Assembly: GCA_951406725.2 (NCBI GenBank)
Contig: OX597837.1
Coordinates: forward strand, 18,414,001 to 18,478,000
Length of the DNA: 64,000 bases
Direction of reading: 5' to 3'
DNA from: Octopus vulgaris
Lineage: Eukaryota
Made by a program: the position numbers and the translations under genes. This document shows, piece by piece, positions 52,544-64,000 of this stretch (the first letter of the stretch is position 1; the number at the start of each line of letters is the position of its first letter). The notes beneath the pieces are model-generated. The model did no database searches. It worked only from the letters and a program-made list of their open reading frames with translations, and had not been told where the DNA came from.

Positions 52544-53558
52544 CCTTTTATAGTGTGAATGCTAGGACATAGAATACCAGTAATATCCTATGGTCGATTT
52601 GTCTATAAAAATGGTGGTTGGGCTGGACAAAAGAAACAATGGTCGATACTTGATGTGCCATATAGGTAACTGATTGCTTGTTATGACCTTGAAAAGCATA
52701 AAAATCACTGATTATTATCCCCTTCCTGCTTTATAAATCTGAGTTATGCCTCGGTTATTTGTCCCCTCAGAAAAAAAGTATAAAGCCATACATGTTGCAA
52801 CATTTTACTCACCCTTTCCTTATGAATATCAGTCATGTTTGCTATTATATTCTTCTTCATCAAAAGAAAATATGGGTGTCAGGCATCTTGTGTGTTGTCA
52901 GCTGTTCCCCTGCTCTCCATCCACTGGTCTCAGTGCCTACTCTACCCTTTCATTCTATAGAAAGTCAATGGAGAGCATGAGTAACATTAAAAGACTGAGA
53001 GTGCTCTGAGTATTGATGAGGTTCTTAGGTTAATGATTATGGAGAATCTTTGGCTTGTTGGGATTCTTATTGTGGTTGCCAATTTGGAATAATCTGTAAG
53101 ATTTTGCAATGTAGTTAGTAAAATGTATCAGAAATGTGAAATGACTATGTAAACCCTATACACCTATATAACCCTTTTATTATTGTATTTTTAAAGAAAT
53201 ATATTGTTTGATTATTTCAATTAATTTCTTTTTAACTCCATGACTAGGTAATCATCAACTGAGATCAGGAATTAGCATACAACAATGGTTCAGCGTATAT
53301 TTACATCAACTGTTTTAACTGTTTATGGCAGTGATTCATTTGGTGGCCTGTGTGCGGCAATGGTAATCGTACCGATTGAGGTCAGCACTCAGTGCAATAT
53401 AACGTTCACTGTATATGTCAACTGCTTTAGTGCAAGTACTTTTTAAATTACCTAAACTATATTCCTGTGCAGGGCACTCATGCAGTATTATTCCTGAATA
53501 AGATCACTTGACAGTACAAGTCAGATCAACTTGATGTATTTACAATCACTTGAATTCA

Positions 53559-54410
<852 letters not shown>

Positions 54411-54411
54411 G

Positions 54412-56440
54412 GTAGGTCTAACGGGATTGTAGAGATGCTTGAACAGAGATGTGTTGATGTATGTTGCGTACAAGAGGTAAGGTGGAGAAGAACTTCAGCC
54501 AGAATCCTCACAGGCAAAGCACATAGGTATAGACTCTTCTGAGAAGGTAATGGTAATGGAATGGGGGTGTGGGCATGCTTCTTGCAGAGAAATGAGTAGA
54601 TAAGGTCATAGAGGTAGTGAGGGTGTGCGATAGATTACTTAAACTCAGGCTAGTTTTGCAGCTACAATTATCTCTGCCTACACCCCACAAACAGGCCTAC
54701 CAAATGAACAGAAGGATCACTTTTATGATATTTTTCTGCAGGCTACCTGAAAGATGAGTGACAATGATCTCATCTTTGTAGGCTGGAGATTTTAATGAGC
54801 ATATTGGACTGCAACTTGGTATCTTCAATGGGGGCCATGGAGTTGGTACCAGAAATGAAGAGGGAACTAGGCTCATGGAGTTCTGCGATGTAAATAACCT
54901 ATTCATTTGCAACACAAACTTCAAGAAGCCAGACAGCCATCTGATAACCTATCAATCAGGTGACTCTGCTAGCCAGATTGATTTCATTCTCACTAGACAG
55001 CAGGATGCAGGGTTGCTCTTAAATACAAAGACCCTCCCAGGTGAAGAATGTACCCCCCAGCATAGACTAGTCATTAGTGACTTTAGACTCAAGGCCAGAA
55101 GGATACCAAAAAGCAGACCAATCTGGAAAAGAAGGACTTGGAAGCTTAAGAACCCTTCACATGGTCAGAGATTTAGGGACATCTTTACCAAGAAATTTGA
55201 TGATAGGGAGGAGCTACAGTCCTGTGAGATAGAAGGCAGTTGGGAATTCCTGCGAGAAAGCTTACTGAGTGCCACAGATCAAATCTGTGGTTGGTGCAAA
55301 GTCCCTTCTAAACCAAGGGTAACATGGTGGTGGGACAATACTGTAGACAGGGCCATTAGAGCAAAGAAACAGGCTTGGAAGGCCTGGAAGAGTGGGGGTA
55401 GCAGGAGAATGTATCAGATAGCCAAAAGGGAAGCTAGGAGACAGGTATATATAGCCAAGGAGTAGCAGAAAAGAAGAAGTTTGCTAATGTTCTGCAATGT
55501 GAAGACCAAAGAACTGAAGTATCTTGGATGGCAAGACAGTATGTGAGAGAAAACCCTTGTGTTTAATGATTCTGCGAAGAAAGAGGCTTGGAGATACCAT
55601 TATGAAAGACTGCTGAATGTGGGGAATGAATGGGAGGAGGAGAGTTTTCCAAAGGCTGACCCAATTGAGGGACCAGCTACCCAAATCAACAGTACCCTGG
55701 CAGATAAAGCAATTAAGGATATGAAGACAGGGAAAGCACCTGGCCCATCAGGAATCACCGCTGAGATGCTTAAAATATCAGGCAGTGTGGGTTATGGTCT
55801 TGTCACCCACATCGTAAATCAGGTAGTTCATGAAGGAGTCATACCCAATGATCGGTGTAGCAACACCATAGTCAATTGCTACAAGGGTAAAGGCGATGCT
55901 TTAGATAGAAATAACTACAGGGGTATCAAATTATTAGATCAGGTGATGAAAGTTACTGAGAGGATCATAGCCCAACTAGTTAGGGAGAGAGTTAGTCTAG
56001 ATGAGATGCAGTTTGGTTTTGTGCCAGGCAGAAGCACCACTGATGCTATATTTCTGATAAGGCAACTGCAGGTGAAATTCCTAGCCAAAGATAAACCTCT
56101 GTATTTAGCTTTTGTTGACTTGGGGAAAGCCTTTGACAGGTTCCCCCAATCCATTATCTGGTGATCAGTGCAGAAACTGGGGATAGATGAGTGGTTGGTA
56201 AGAGCTATACAAGCCCTGTATACGGATGCTGCCAGTAAGGTGAGGGTTGGCAATGAGTATAGTGAAGAATTCCAAGTAGAAGGAGGGGTTCACCAAGGAT
56301 CAGTCCTCAGCTCCACTCTTATTCATTGTAGTCCTCCAGGCAATAACAGAGGAGTTCAAGACAAGCTGGCCCTGGCTTAATAGCTGAGTCACTGTCAGAT
56401 CTAAAGACGAAGTTTAGGGTGTGGAAGCAAGGTATTGAAA
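54412..56440 (+). mobile_element. RTE-clade LINE (APE endonuclease and RT), degenerate
   Basis: DVCCVQEVRW, GDFN.HIG, SQIDFIL, QHRLV, GKAPGPSGI.AEML, NYRGIKLL, QFGFVPGRSTTDAIF, GVHQGSVLS. Confidence 0.92.
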
Positions 56441-58271
56441 CATCCATTGTGAAAATTGCATTTCTGTTTTCCCTTTGGCAACAGTGGCTAAGGTACAGAA
56501 GTAGTAATATGGGTGTGTGTGGTGTAACAGTGTTTCACTGCATCCACCATTTGTTGGTGATTCCCTAATCTTGACGAATGACACCTTTGCCCCACTCAAG
56601 TGACAACCCTCCAATTCATGGGTCTGTTTGGGTAGTCATTACTGATGAAGGTTTTAACTAATGTCAGATTGCAAATCCTACCTCAGCCTCTTTTAGTCAC
56701 TTTTTACAACATGAAGAGATGTTGGGTCTATTCTTTGGCATGCTGGTCCCCACCCAGCACATGGTGTGGTAGTATGGCTAAAATAGTTCAGCTGATTTTC
56801 ATCAATGAAGTCTTCAAATATGGTTTGGTGTGCAAGATAAGGAATGGAATGAGAAATCTTGACTGTTTAGTTTCATTTTTCTATGCAAGCATGGGTTACA
56901 CAAATATATTATTGAGGCATTGTTTTACAGCCTAAAGCCTTTTTCTTTAATGCTAACCCTTACCTGGTTTTCAAATAGAATAAGTTTCTCTTATTCAATA
57001 TGGCTTCAAAGATAAGTCAGCAGATGATTTATTGACAGAAGTGCCAGAAACAACACTGCTTGAATATTGTGACGTCTGTATAAGCGAGTGCAGATGTGAG
57101 CAAACATACATTTGTGCATGCACACACACAGTCTACCAAATCCACTCACATAGCTTCAGTTGGCCTGGGACTATAGTAGAAGACATTTGCCCAAAGTGTT
57201 GTGCATCTGAATCTAAGGCCAAATGGTTAGGAAATGAATTTCTTAATGATGCAAGGATGTTGAATTGCTTGAGAGAAACCTGAATCCTCATTATCATCAT
57301 TACCATCATCATCGTCATTTAGCATCCACTTTTTCATGTTTGCATGGGTCAGGTGGAATTTGTTGAAGTAGATTTTCTATGGCCAGTTGCCCTTCTTGTT
57401 GTTGACCATCACCTATTTCCAGGCAAGGTAATATTTACCATGGAAACCTGGAAATGAACAACACCACTTGTTTGATGGTGATGTTCATTTACAACCATGA
57501 TGTAAATGTCAAAACATAGATGCACACAAACATATATGTACAATTCAGAAGTGTGTGCTCTTCATGGGGCATTTTTTTGTTGTTAGTAAAAAAAGAACAG
57601 TGTGTGGTGTTTTCAGATACTGGGTGATAGGGTTAAGGTAGTTGTTGTTGAATCTGCAGTGAGGGTGAGTTCCAGGAAGACACAGAGACGGAGGAGAAAG
57701 GAAGAGGGTTGTTTTAGCATAGGGATTTGGATAGTTTATTACTGGAGAAGAAGAGATGGATGAAATGAGTGAGTTTAGGTGGACCCATTAGAAGTGAGAG
57801 TTACTGTTGTCGTAGGAGAGAGAGTTGAATGAGCCCTGGCGTATGGTCAGTACTTTAACATTTAGAGCAGCATTTCTCAACTATTTTGTTTACTTATGAA
57901 CTCTTTGGTTCCTATTTTACTCATATGGACCCTCCTAGCCATTTGATGTTTAAAAAATTATATTGTCTTTTTATAATTAAACATTATTAGGAATTGTATA
58001 AAAAATAATTAAAATATTTTGTGTATCGTAGAAGTATAACCAATTTTATTGCAGATGAATTTTAATAACAAAATCTTATAAGAGGTCCTCAAGGGCCATA
58101 TGGATCCCAGTTGAGAACCTCGTAGGCTCTGTGAATGGTTAATAATGAAATTATTCTTTTTCTCCTTTATGAAAACACAGTTTTAATTCATTTTAAGGGA
58201 TCTGGTGTTAAGAATGAAAACCATTTGAAAGTACATATTCAACAACTGTTTTGGTGATATTTATTTTTCAG

Positions 58272-58374
58272 ATGAAAACTGTCAGTGTTGCCTTGGTATT
58301 ATGTTTGAACGTTGGAGTGGACCCTCCTGATGTTGTGAAAACCTCTCCTTGTGCTCGTTTAGAATGTTGGGTCG
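58272..58374 (+). CDS. RPTOR: Raptor coding exon 2 (103 nt)
   Basis: tttttcag|ATG AAA ACT... reads [34 protein letters not shown](D), the near-invariant RNC domain; donor G|gtgagt. Confidence 0.98.
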
Positions 58375-61300
58375 GTGAGTAACTTTCGCTTGTCTCAGAA
58401 TTAATTATCTATTTCAGTGAAATTGGACAATTTTTTTTAAAATTCACTTTTATTTATGTTTATCATGATTAATGTGTTAGATATGTATAAATTTTTAATT
58501 TTGTTTATAATTTTATAATTTTTAAAAATAATTTTCTTTTCTTTCCTGTTAGATCCTGCTTGTCTGTCCAGGACAGCTTTTATTCAATTTTGCAGCATTC
58601 ATTTTCTCTCCTTCCATCCCCAAGATGGAGCAATAGTTTGGCTGAACTTAAAGAACACATTTAGCAGTGCAGGAGATAATGTCTGAAGTGCTTCAAAATG
58701 TGTTTCACAATGCTAAAGATAGATTTGAAATTTGTAGGGATACAAATAGAGTGCATTTGCAAGATTTATAAATCTATTTGCTTTGGTGTCATAATTAACA
58801 AACACAAAATTCTGTCAGTTTCTTTAAAAAAATTGCCATTAAAATAGATAGTTAATTTTGGGACACCGTATATATGTGTGTGTCTTATGTGTTTTTTGCA
58901 ATTGTTTTTATTACATCAGAGGATGTAACTTATTTTCCAATCTTTTTTCTTCATTTTGTAAATTAGGATATTTAGACACAAATTTAAAAGTAGCTTGAAT
59001 AAATGTCAAGATTTTCAGAATCATTTGATTCAAGACAGTAGATTGATGTAGAAATATTGATTTTTAAAAAGGAAAAAAAAATCTTAATTTTGAGGAATGT
59101 TTATATTCAATTAAACTGACCCTATACTTAATTAGTACTTTATTTTAACCAGCATTTTATTATATTGACTTCTTGGAAGAATGGAAGACAAAGTTGATGT
59201 TGGTGAAATTTGAACTTATAGGAATGTAACAAAGGATTGCACAGCATTTCATTTTAGTGTTGTAATGATTCTGTTAATTGACTGCAAGAATAATGCATCT
59301 CCTACCATCCCATCACTGTATAACACTCTCTCTCTCACATAACCCACCCCAATGACATCCATTTCTCTTTCTCTTTCACTACCCCCTTCTTTAACGCTGT
59401 CTTTATTACTCTCTCTCCCCTACCATCTTCTCTGAACACTAAACCTATGTAACTTTATTCAGAACTGGTTTGAAAATTCTTGACCCTTCCAACCCATGTA
59501 GGCATAGTATGCAGATTGACACACTCCATCACAGGCTTCACCTATTCAACCTACTCGTTACCACTTTGTCCCCTCTCCTTCACACTAATCCTGACATTGC
59601 CCTTCTGGACACTGTTCCCTCTGTTACTCTCTCCACTATCATCCTCTCACAACAATAAATCTTTCCCATCCATCGTGTGGGTCTCTCTCACCTTGCTAGC
59701 TACAAAGCAACTCCACTAAGGCTGGTACCGCAAAATAAGCTCCCAATACAGTCAGTAATGATTGGTAGTTCAAATTGAGCTGCAATAATGCAGGGCTCAA
59801 GAAGGCCCTTTAGTTCTGCTGATTGTAAGGCAATCTCAGTTGTGTTGGTACCATGAAAAATGCATTCAGTATACTCTATAAAGTGGTTAGTGTTAGGAAG
59901 GGCATCAAGCTGTAGATGTAAACAAAACTGAGACATTGGAACAAGACTGAGTCTTTTGATCTGTTGATTCCTGTTGAACTGGCCAGCTCATTCCAGCATG
60001 GGAAACTGATGTAAAATGATGATGAATTCATTAGCTTTACAGCTAAGGGGATTAAACATTATTAAATATTGAGTACACAAATAAATGCAATCAGTGAAGC
60101 AAGGAGTGCATTTAAGAAATATTTTTTGTATTTCCTGCCCTTGCAATACATTTTTGTATTACTATGTTACTTATTTATTCCATTCCGTTTTCCAGTAACT
60201 CTTTATCATAGCATTGTATGGTATATCATATATGTGACTGGATTTCCTTATTAAGTAGATGTCATATCTCATATTTACTTTTTAAGAGTTAAAAAATATG
60301 TTTGTGTATATATGTGTATGTTCATGTGAACAAATAAAAGTAGCACTCAACACATTTGGTTGGAGTTACGTGTATTTTATAACAATTCGATTTGCTTCTC
60401 ATGACTATTTTAATCTAATGCTGCTTCTGTTGCGTATAAAGGATTTTTATTCAGCTGTGTGGCTATTCACATCATCAGTAATTATTTATTTACTGTTTTC
60501 CTATATCACTGACAACAAATTTCACCTAGACATGCAGTTGGCTGTAAGTACATGCTATTGACAATACCCGTGAGGCACAAATGCATCTGGTGTTCTCACC
60601 AGCCACTGCTAAGATGATTTTCATCTGCTTCCAATATATTGTGTTTTTAAACACAGCAAGTCTGTTAGAAACATTATCTTTGGGCAAATACCACAGTAAA
60701 TTTGCTATTTTAATCTAATACTACTTTTGTTGCATATAACAAATATATATATATGAATGTGGCTTAGTGGTTAAAGTCTTGCATTCACAATTGCTAGATT
60801 GTGGGTTCGATTTTTCAAACCGAGCAGCATGTTGTGTTCTTGAGCAAAGCACTTCATTTCATGTTGCTCCATCTGGAGGAATGTTGGCCTGCTCACCTTG
60901 CCAGCAGGATGGCATCATTTGAAAGCTAAAATGATGCAAAGTCCATGGGGACCAGTAATATATAACAACATTCAATGGTCTGGTCAATCACATGATACAT
61001 CCCTTTCTCTTTCCTGAGGGTTCTCAACTTCTGACAGTTGTCGTAGTGTTTTCATTACATACAACATACCTTGAGTATTTTAAAACTGGAAGAACCCATT
61101 CCTCTTCCAGTCATATATTTATATGGTGCGCATGCACACACACATGCACATCCAGTAGATTGATGGTTGTTGTGTTAGTCCTAAGTCAATCATGATTGAA
61201 TAGGTACATGTTGGTTTGATTTATCATTAGATTGACTGGATATGACCAACCTTGATACACATGGCTACATATGAAGACCATACTGCTCATTCAGGTATGC

Positions 61301-61459
61301 AATAGTTAATTATATATGTAACAGTCTGATAGTCTGGACATACTGTATGCTCTTCACTTTCCAATGTTTGAAGTGTGTATTTATCATCATCATGCACATA
61401 CACATACACACACTACTTTACATAAATTCATGGAATAATTAAATAATTTTTTTTTTCAG

Positions 61460-61620
61460 ATCCTCTTTCCATGAGTCCTCCAAAAGCTTTAGAGACTATT
61501 GGAAATCGTCTCCACCAACAGTATGATAGATGGCAGCCACGGGCCCGTTACAAACAATCCCTGGATCCAACTGGTGATGAAGTCAAGAAACTTTGTACAA
61601 CTATGAGGAGAAATGCTAAA
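61460..61620 (+). CDS. RPTOR: Raptor coding exon 3 (161 nt)
   Basis: ttttcag|AT CCT... reads [54 protein letters not shown]; donor AAA|gtaaat. Confidence 0.97.
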
Positions 61621-62604
61621 GTAAAATAGAATTCCATTCTATTTGATTCAGTAGTTAAATGACATCACACTTCAAACATAAATACATGAATTAGAATACC
61701 GTCAGCAGAATGTCAAAGCCTTTGTCCTGATCTTTGTTTTATGTTGAATTTTCCATGCTACCATACCGGTATTGTTTTACTGCCAAATGCTTTACCTGTT
61801 GCTAACCATTGGTTGTTTTTCATGTAAGGGATCTCTCATATCACACATCTTTGTAGTTGCTGAGCGAGCAGATAATTTGTTGATGGGAGAAGTGACAATA
61901 ACTTTTGTAGAGCACAAATGGAAACAAGCCCAATCACACAATGGACTTCTTTCAGTTTCCATCCGCCACATTTATTCACAAGGCTTTCGTTAACCTATTG
62001 CTATAGTAGAAGACACTTACCCAAGGTGCTGCACAGTGGGACTGAACTTAAAACCACATAGTTGGGAAGTGAGTTTCTTAACTGAACACCCATATGTGTG
62101 CCTTCTTTAATTATGATATTTCTAAACATAAAAGAAATGAATTGATCAGAAAACTTTCATTCTTGGTTATTGTTATTTTTCGAAGTGACAGACTTTGGCA
62201 AACATCTTCTGAGAAGATGACCATGTTTGTTTATATAATATGAAAATAAAATGAAGTCAAGTTGATAATGATAAAAAGGGATGGGGTAGAAGTAGACCAA
62301 GAAAGGCTTTGTAAGAAGTGATCAGGATATTGGATTACAGTCATGGTGTGACTTCTAATTGAAACATGTACAAAAATGCACATTGCACAACTCTACAACC
62401 CAAACCAAAATGGATGTTGTGTTTAAACCAGCCATATCTGGCCCAAATATTCTACATATTTTACATTCAAACTGGCCATATCTAGCCTCTTACACCTAAC
62501 CTACATTGGCATTCTAAAAATAAACAATCGTATCATTGAAACCTCAAAGCTATAAGATAATACATGATTAATTCAAAACAATTTAAATAAAAAAGCATTA
62601 CATT

Positions 62605-63141
62605 ATTTACATTCTTTACATTTGACAGATATTTGTCCTTATCTTGTTTGTTGTTAACAAGTTTTGGCTGATATATCCTCCAGCCTTCATCAGATGTCTT
62701 GGGGAAATTTTGAACCTGGGTTCTCATTCCTAAGGTATTTTTCAATGTTATTATTATTCAGGTCACTGCCTGGAATCGAACTCGGAATCTTAGGGTTAGT
62801 AGTCCGTGCTCTTAACCATTACGCCATATGTAGAGACTCAAAGCTAATACTACCTGGCGTGAATATAATGCCACCAGCCCATGGGCATATGGTGTAGTGG
62901 TTAAGAGCGTAGGCTACTAACCTCAAGATTCCAAGTTCGATTCCAGGCAGTGACCTGAATAATAATAATAATAATAACATTGAAAAATACCTTAGGAATG
63001 AGAACCCAGGTTCGAAATTTCTCCAAGCCACCTGATGAAGGCTGGAGGGTATATCAACCGAAACGTTGTGTTAACAACAAACAAGATGAGGTCAAATGTA
63101 AATAATGTACATAATTCCTCATCTCTTAAATATAGAACTGC
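62605..63141. mobile_element. Head-to-head inverted dimer of a tRNA-headed, hammerhead-motif element
   Basis: Minus copy ~62605-62830 and plus copy ~62876-63141, flanked by the direct repeat AAAAAAGCATTACATT (62589-62604 and 63142-63157) inside a MITE. Confidence 0.85.
63028..63072 (+). ncRNA. Putative minimal type I hammerhead ribozyme motif
   Basis: CAC-CUGAUGA-a-GGCUG(loop)CAACC-GAAA-CGUU-GUG: both core boxes, stem II with one mismatch, palindromic AACGUU in place of stem III, short stem I. Activity untested. Confidence 0.6.
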
Positions 63142-63430
63142 AAAAAAGCATTACATTTAACAGAGTAATCTGAACACTAAACACACCATTATGCTGATGT
63201 AGATGGTAATAGAAACTGTCAGTCAAAATTTATCTTTTTACTGGAAAAATAACTGATTTGTGGTTCAGTGGCTGTATTGATCAGCTTGACATCAGCAAAA
63301 ATTAAATTCTTACACATTTTGCTCCCTCCCCTTTCTTGTCTCTGTCAAGTTTGTAAATGATATAGAATAGTGAGAACATGTCATTTACTGCTTATCAATG
63401 TTTCAGCCCTTGTCTGTCTTGCAATTTCAG

Positions 63431-63511
63431 GATGAGCGAGTCCTGTTCCATTATAATGGTCATGGAGTACCAAAACCAACATCAAATGGAGAAATTTGGG
63501 TTTTTAATAAA
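63431..63511 (+). CDS. RPTOR: Raptor coding exon 4 (81 nt)
   Basis: atttcag|GAT GAG CGA... reads [27 protein letters not shown] (RNC HYNGHG motif); donor AAA|gtaagt. Confidence 0.98.
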
Positions 63512-64000
63512 GTAAGTGTAGTTTTGTATATTTAGCATTTAATTAATGCTGTGAAGGAATTGGTTGCAGATTTGTCTGGGATTTGGTGTAGTATTGATAC
63601 ATATTAATGCAGAACTGTTGCATGATCGCTTATGTATTGATTTCATATTTTGGCACAAGGCCAGCAATTTTGGAGGAGGGAGTAAATTGATTTCATTGGC
63701 CAGAATTTGAACACAGAACTTAAGGACAGACGAAATGCCACTGAGCATTTAGCCTGGTGTGCTAACAGTCCTGCCAACTTGTCACCATATTGGTCCCTAA
63801 TATATTAACATGTTGGAATCAGGTCTGGGTTTTGTGAGAATTATAATGTAATGCTGCTTATTTAATGAATGCATTTAATTTTCTGAGAACAAATGAAGAA
63901 ATGAAGTGGAATCATCATCATCAACATTTAATGTCCATTTTTCCATGCTCGCATGGGTTGGACAGCTTGACAGGAACTGGCAATGCCAGGGACCACACCA

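Noticed and set aside
62846-62862. ATACTACCTGGCGT resembling the U1 snRNA 5' end in the dimer spacer
   Set aside because: Only ~13 nt with an indel and no further U1 similarity; compatible with chance.
62884-62955. Possible functional tRNA gene (CT-ACT-AA loop)
   Set aside because: There is no proper acceptor stem, the copies are diverged and it is fused to a repeat tail, so it is a SINE-type head.

Overview
AT-rich, repeat-dense metazoan genomic DNA; the SINE, LINE and microsatellite repertoire suggests a coleoid cephalopod (Octopus-like), which is an inference. Two conserved genes lie head-to-head. Suppressor of fused (SUFU) is on the minus strand, with four coding exons at 39561-39730, 12469-12606, 7620-7756 and 6677-6828; later exons were not found and probably lie left of the window. 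Raptor (RPTOR) is on the plus strand, with four coding exons at 51087-51281, 58272-58374, 61460-61620 and 63431-63511, and continues right. All introns are GT-AG and the reading phases join correctly. A CpG-richer intergenic block (~39.8-52 kb) separates the genes. Introns and spacer are filled with decayed transposable elements: R4/Dong-like, RTE, CRE-like and Penelope-like retroelements, Gypsy pieces and solo LTRs, Tc1/mariner, piggyBac, MITEs and tRNA-derived SINEs. Three observations stand out. (1) A tRNA-headed short element carries a minimal hammerhead-ribozyme motif, is inserted as an inverted dimer within a single 16-bp target duplication, and elsewhere abuts a Penelope-like RT. (2) A lone LTR is fused to a 37-nt copy of the CCA-tailed 3' half of tRNA-Trp and sits at a gag-pol junction, resembling an integrated plus-strand strong-stop intermediate. 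(3) An in-frame upstream ORF is separated from the Raptor ORF by a single TGA.
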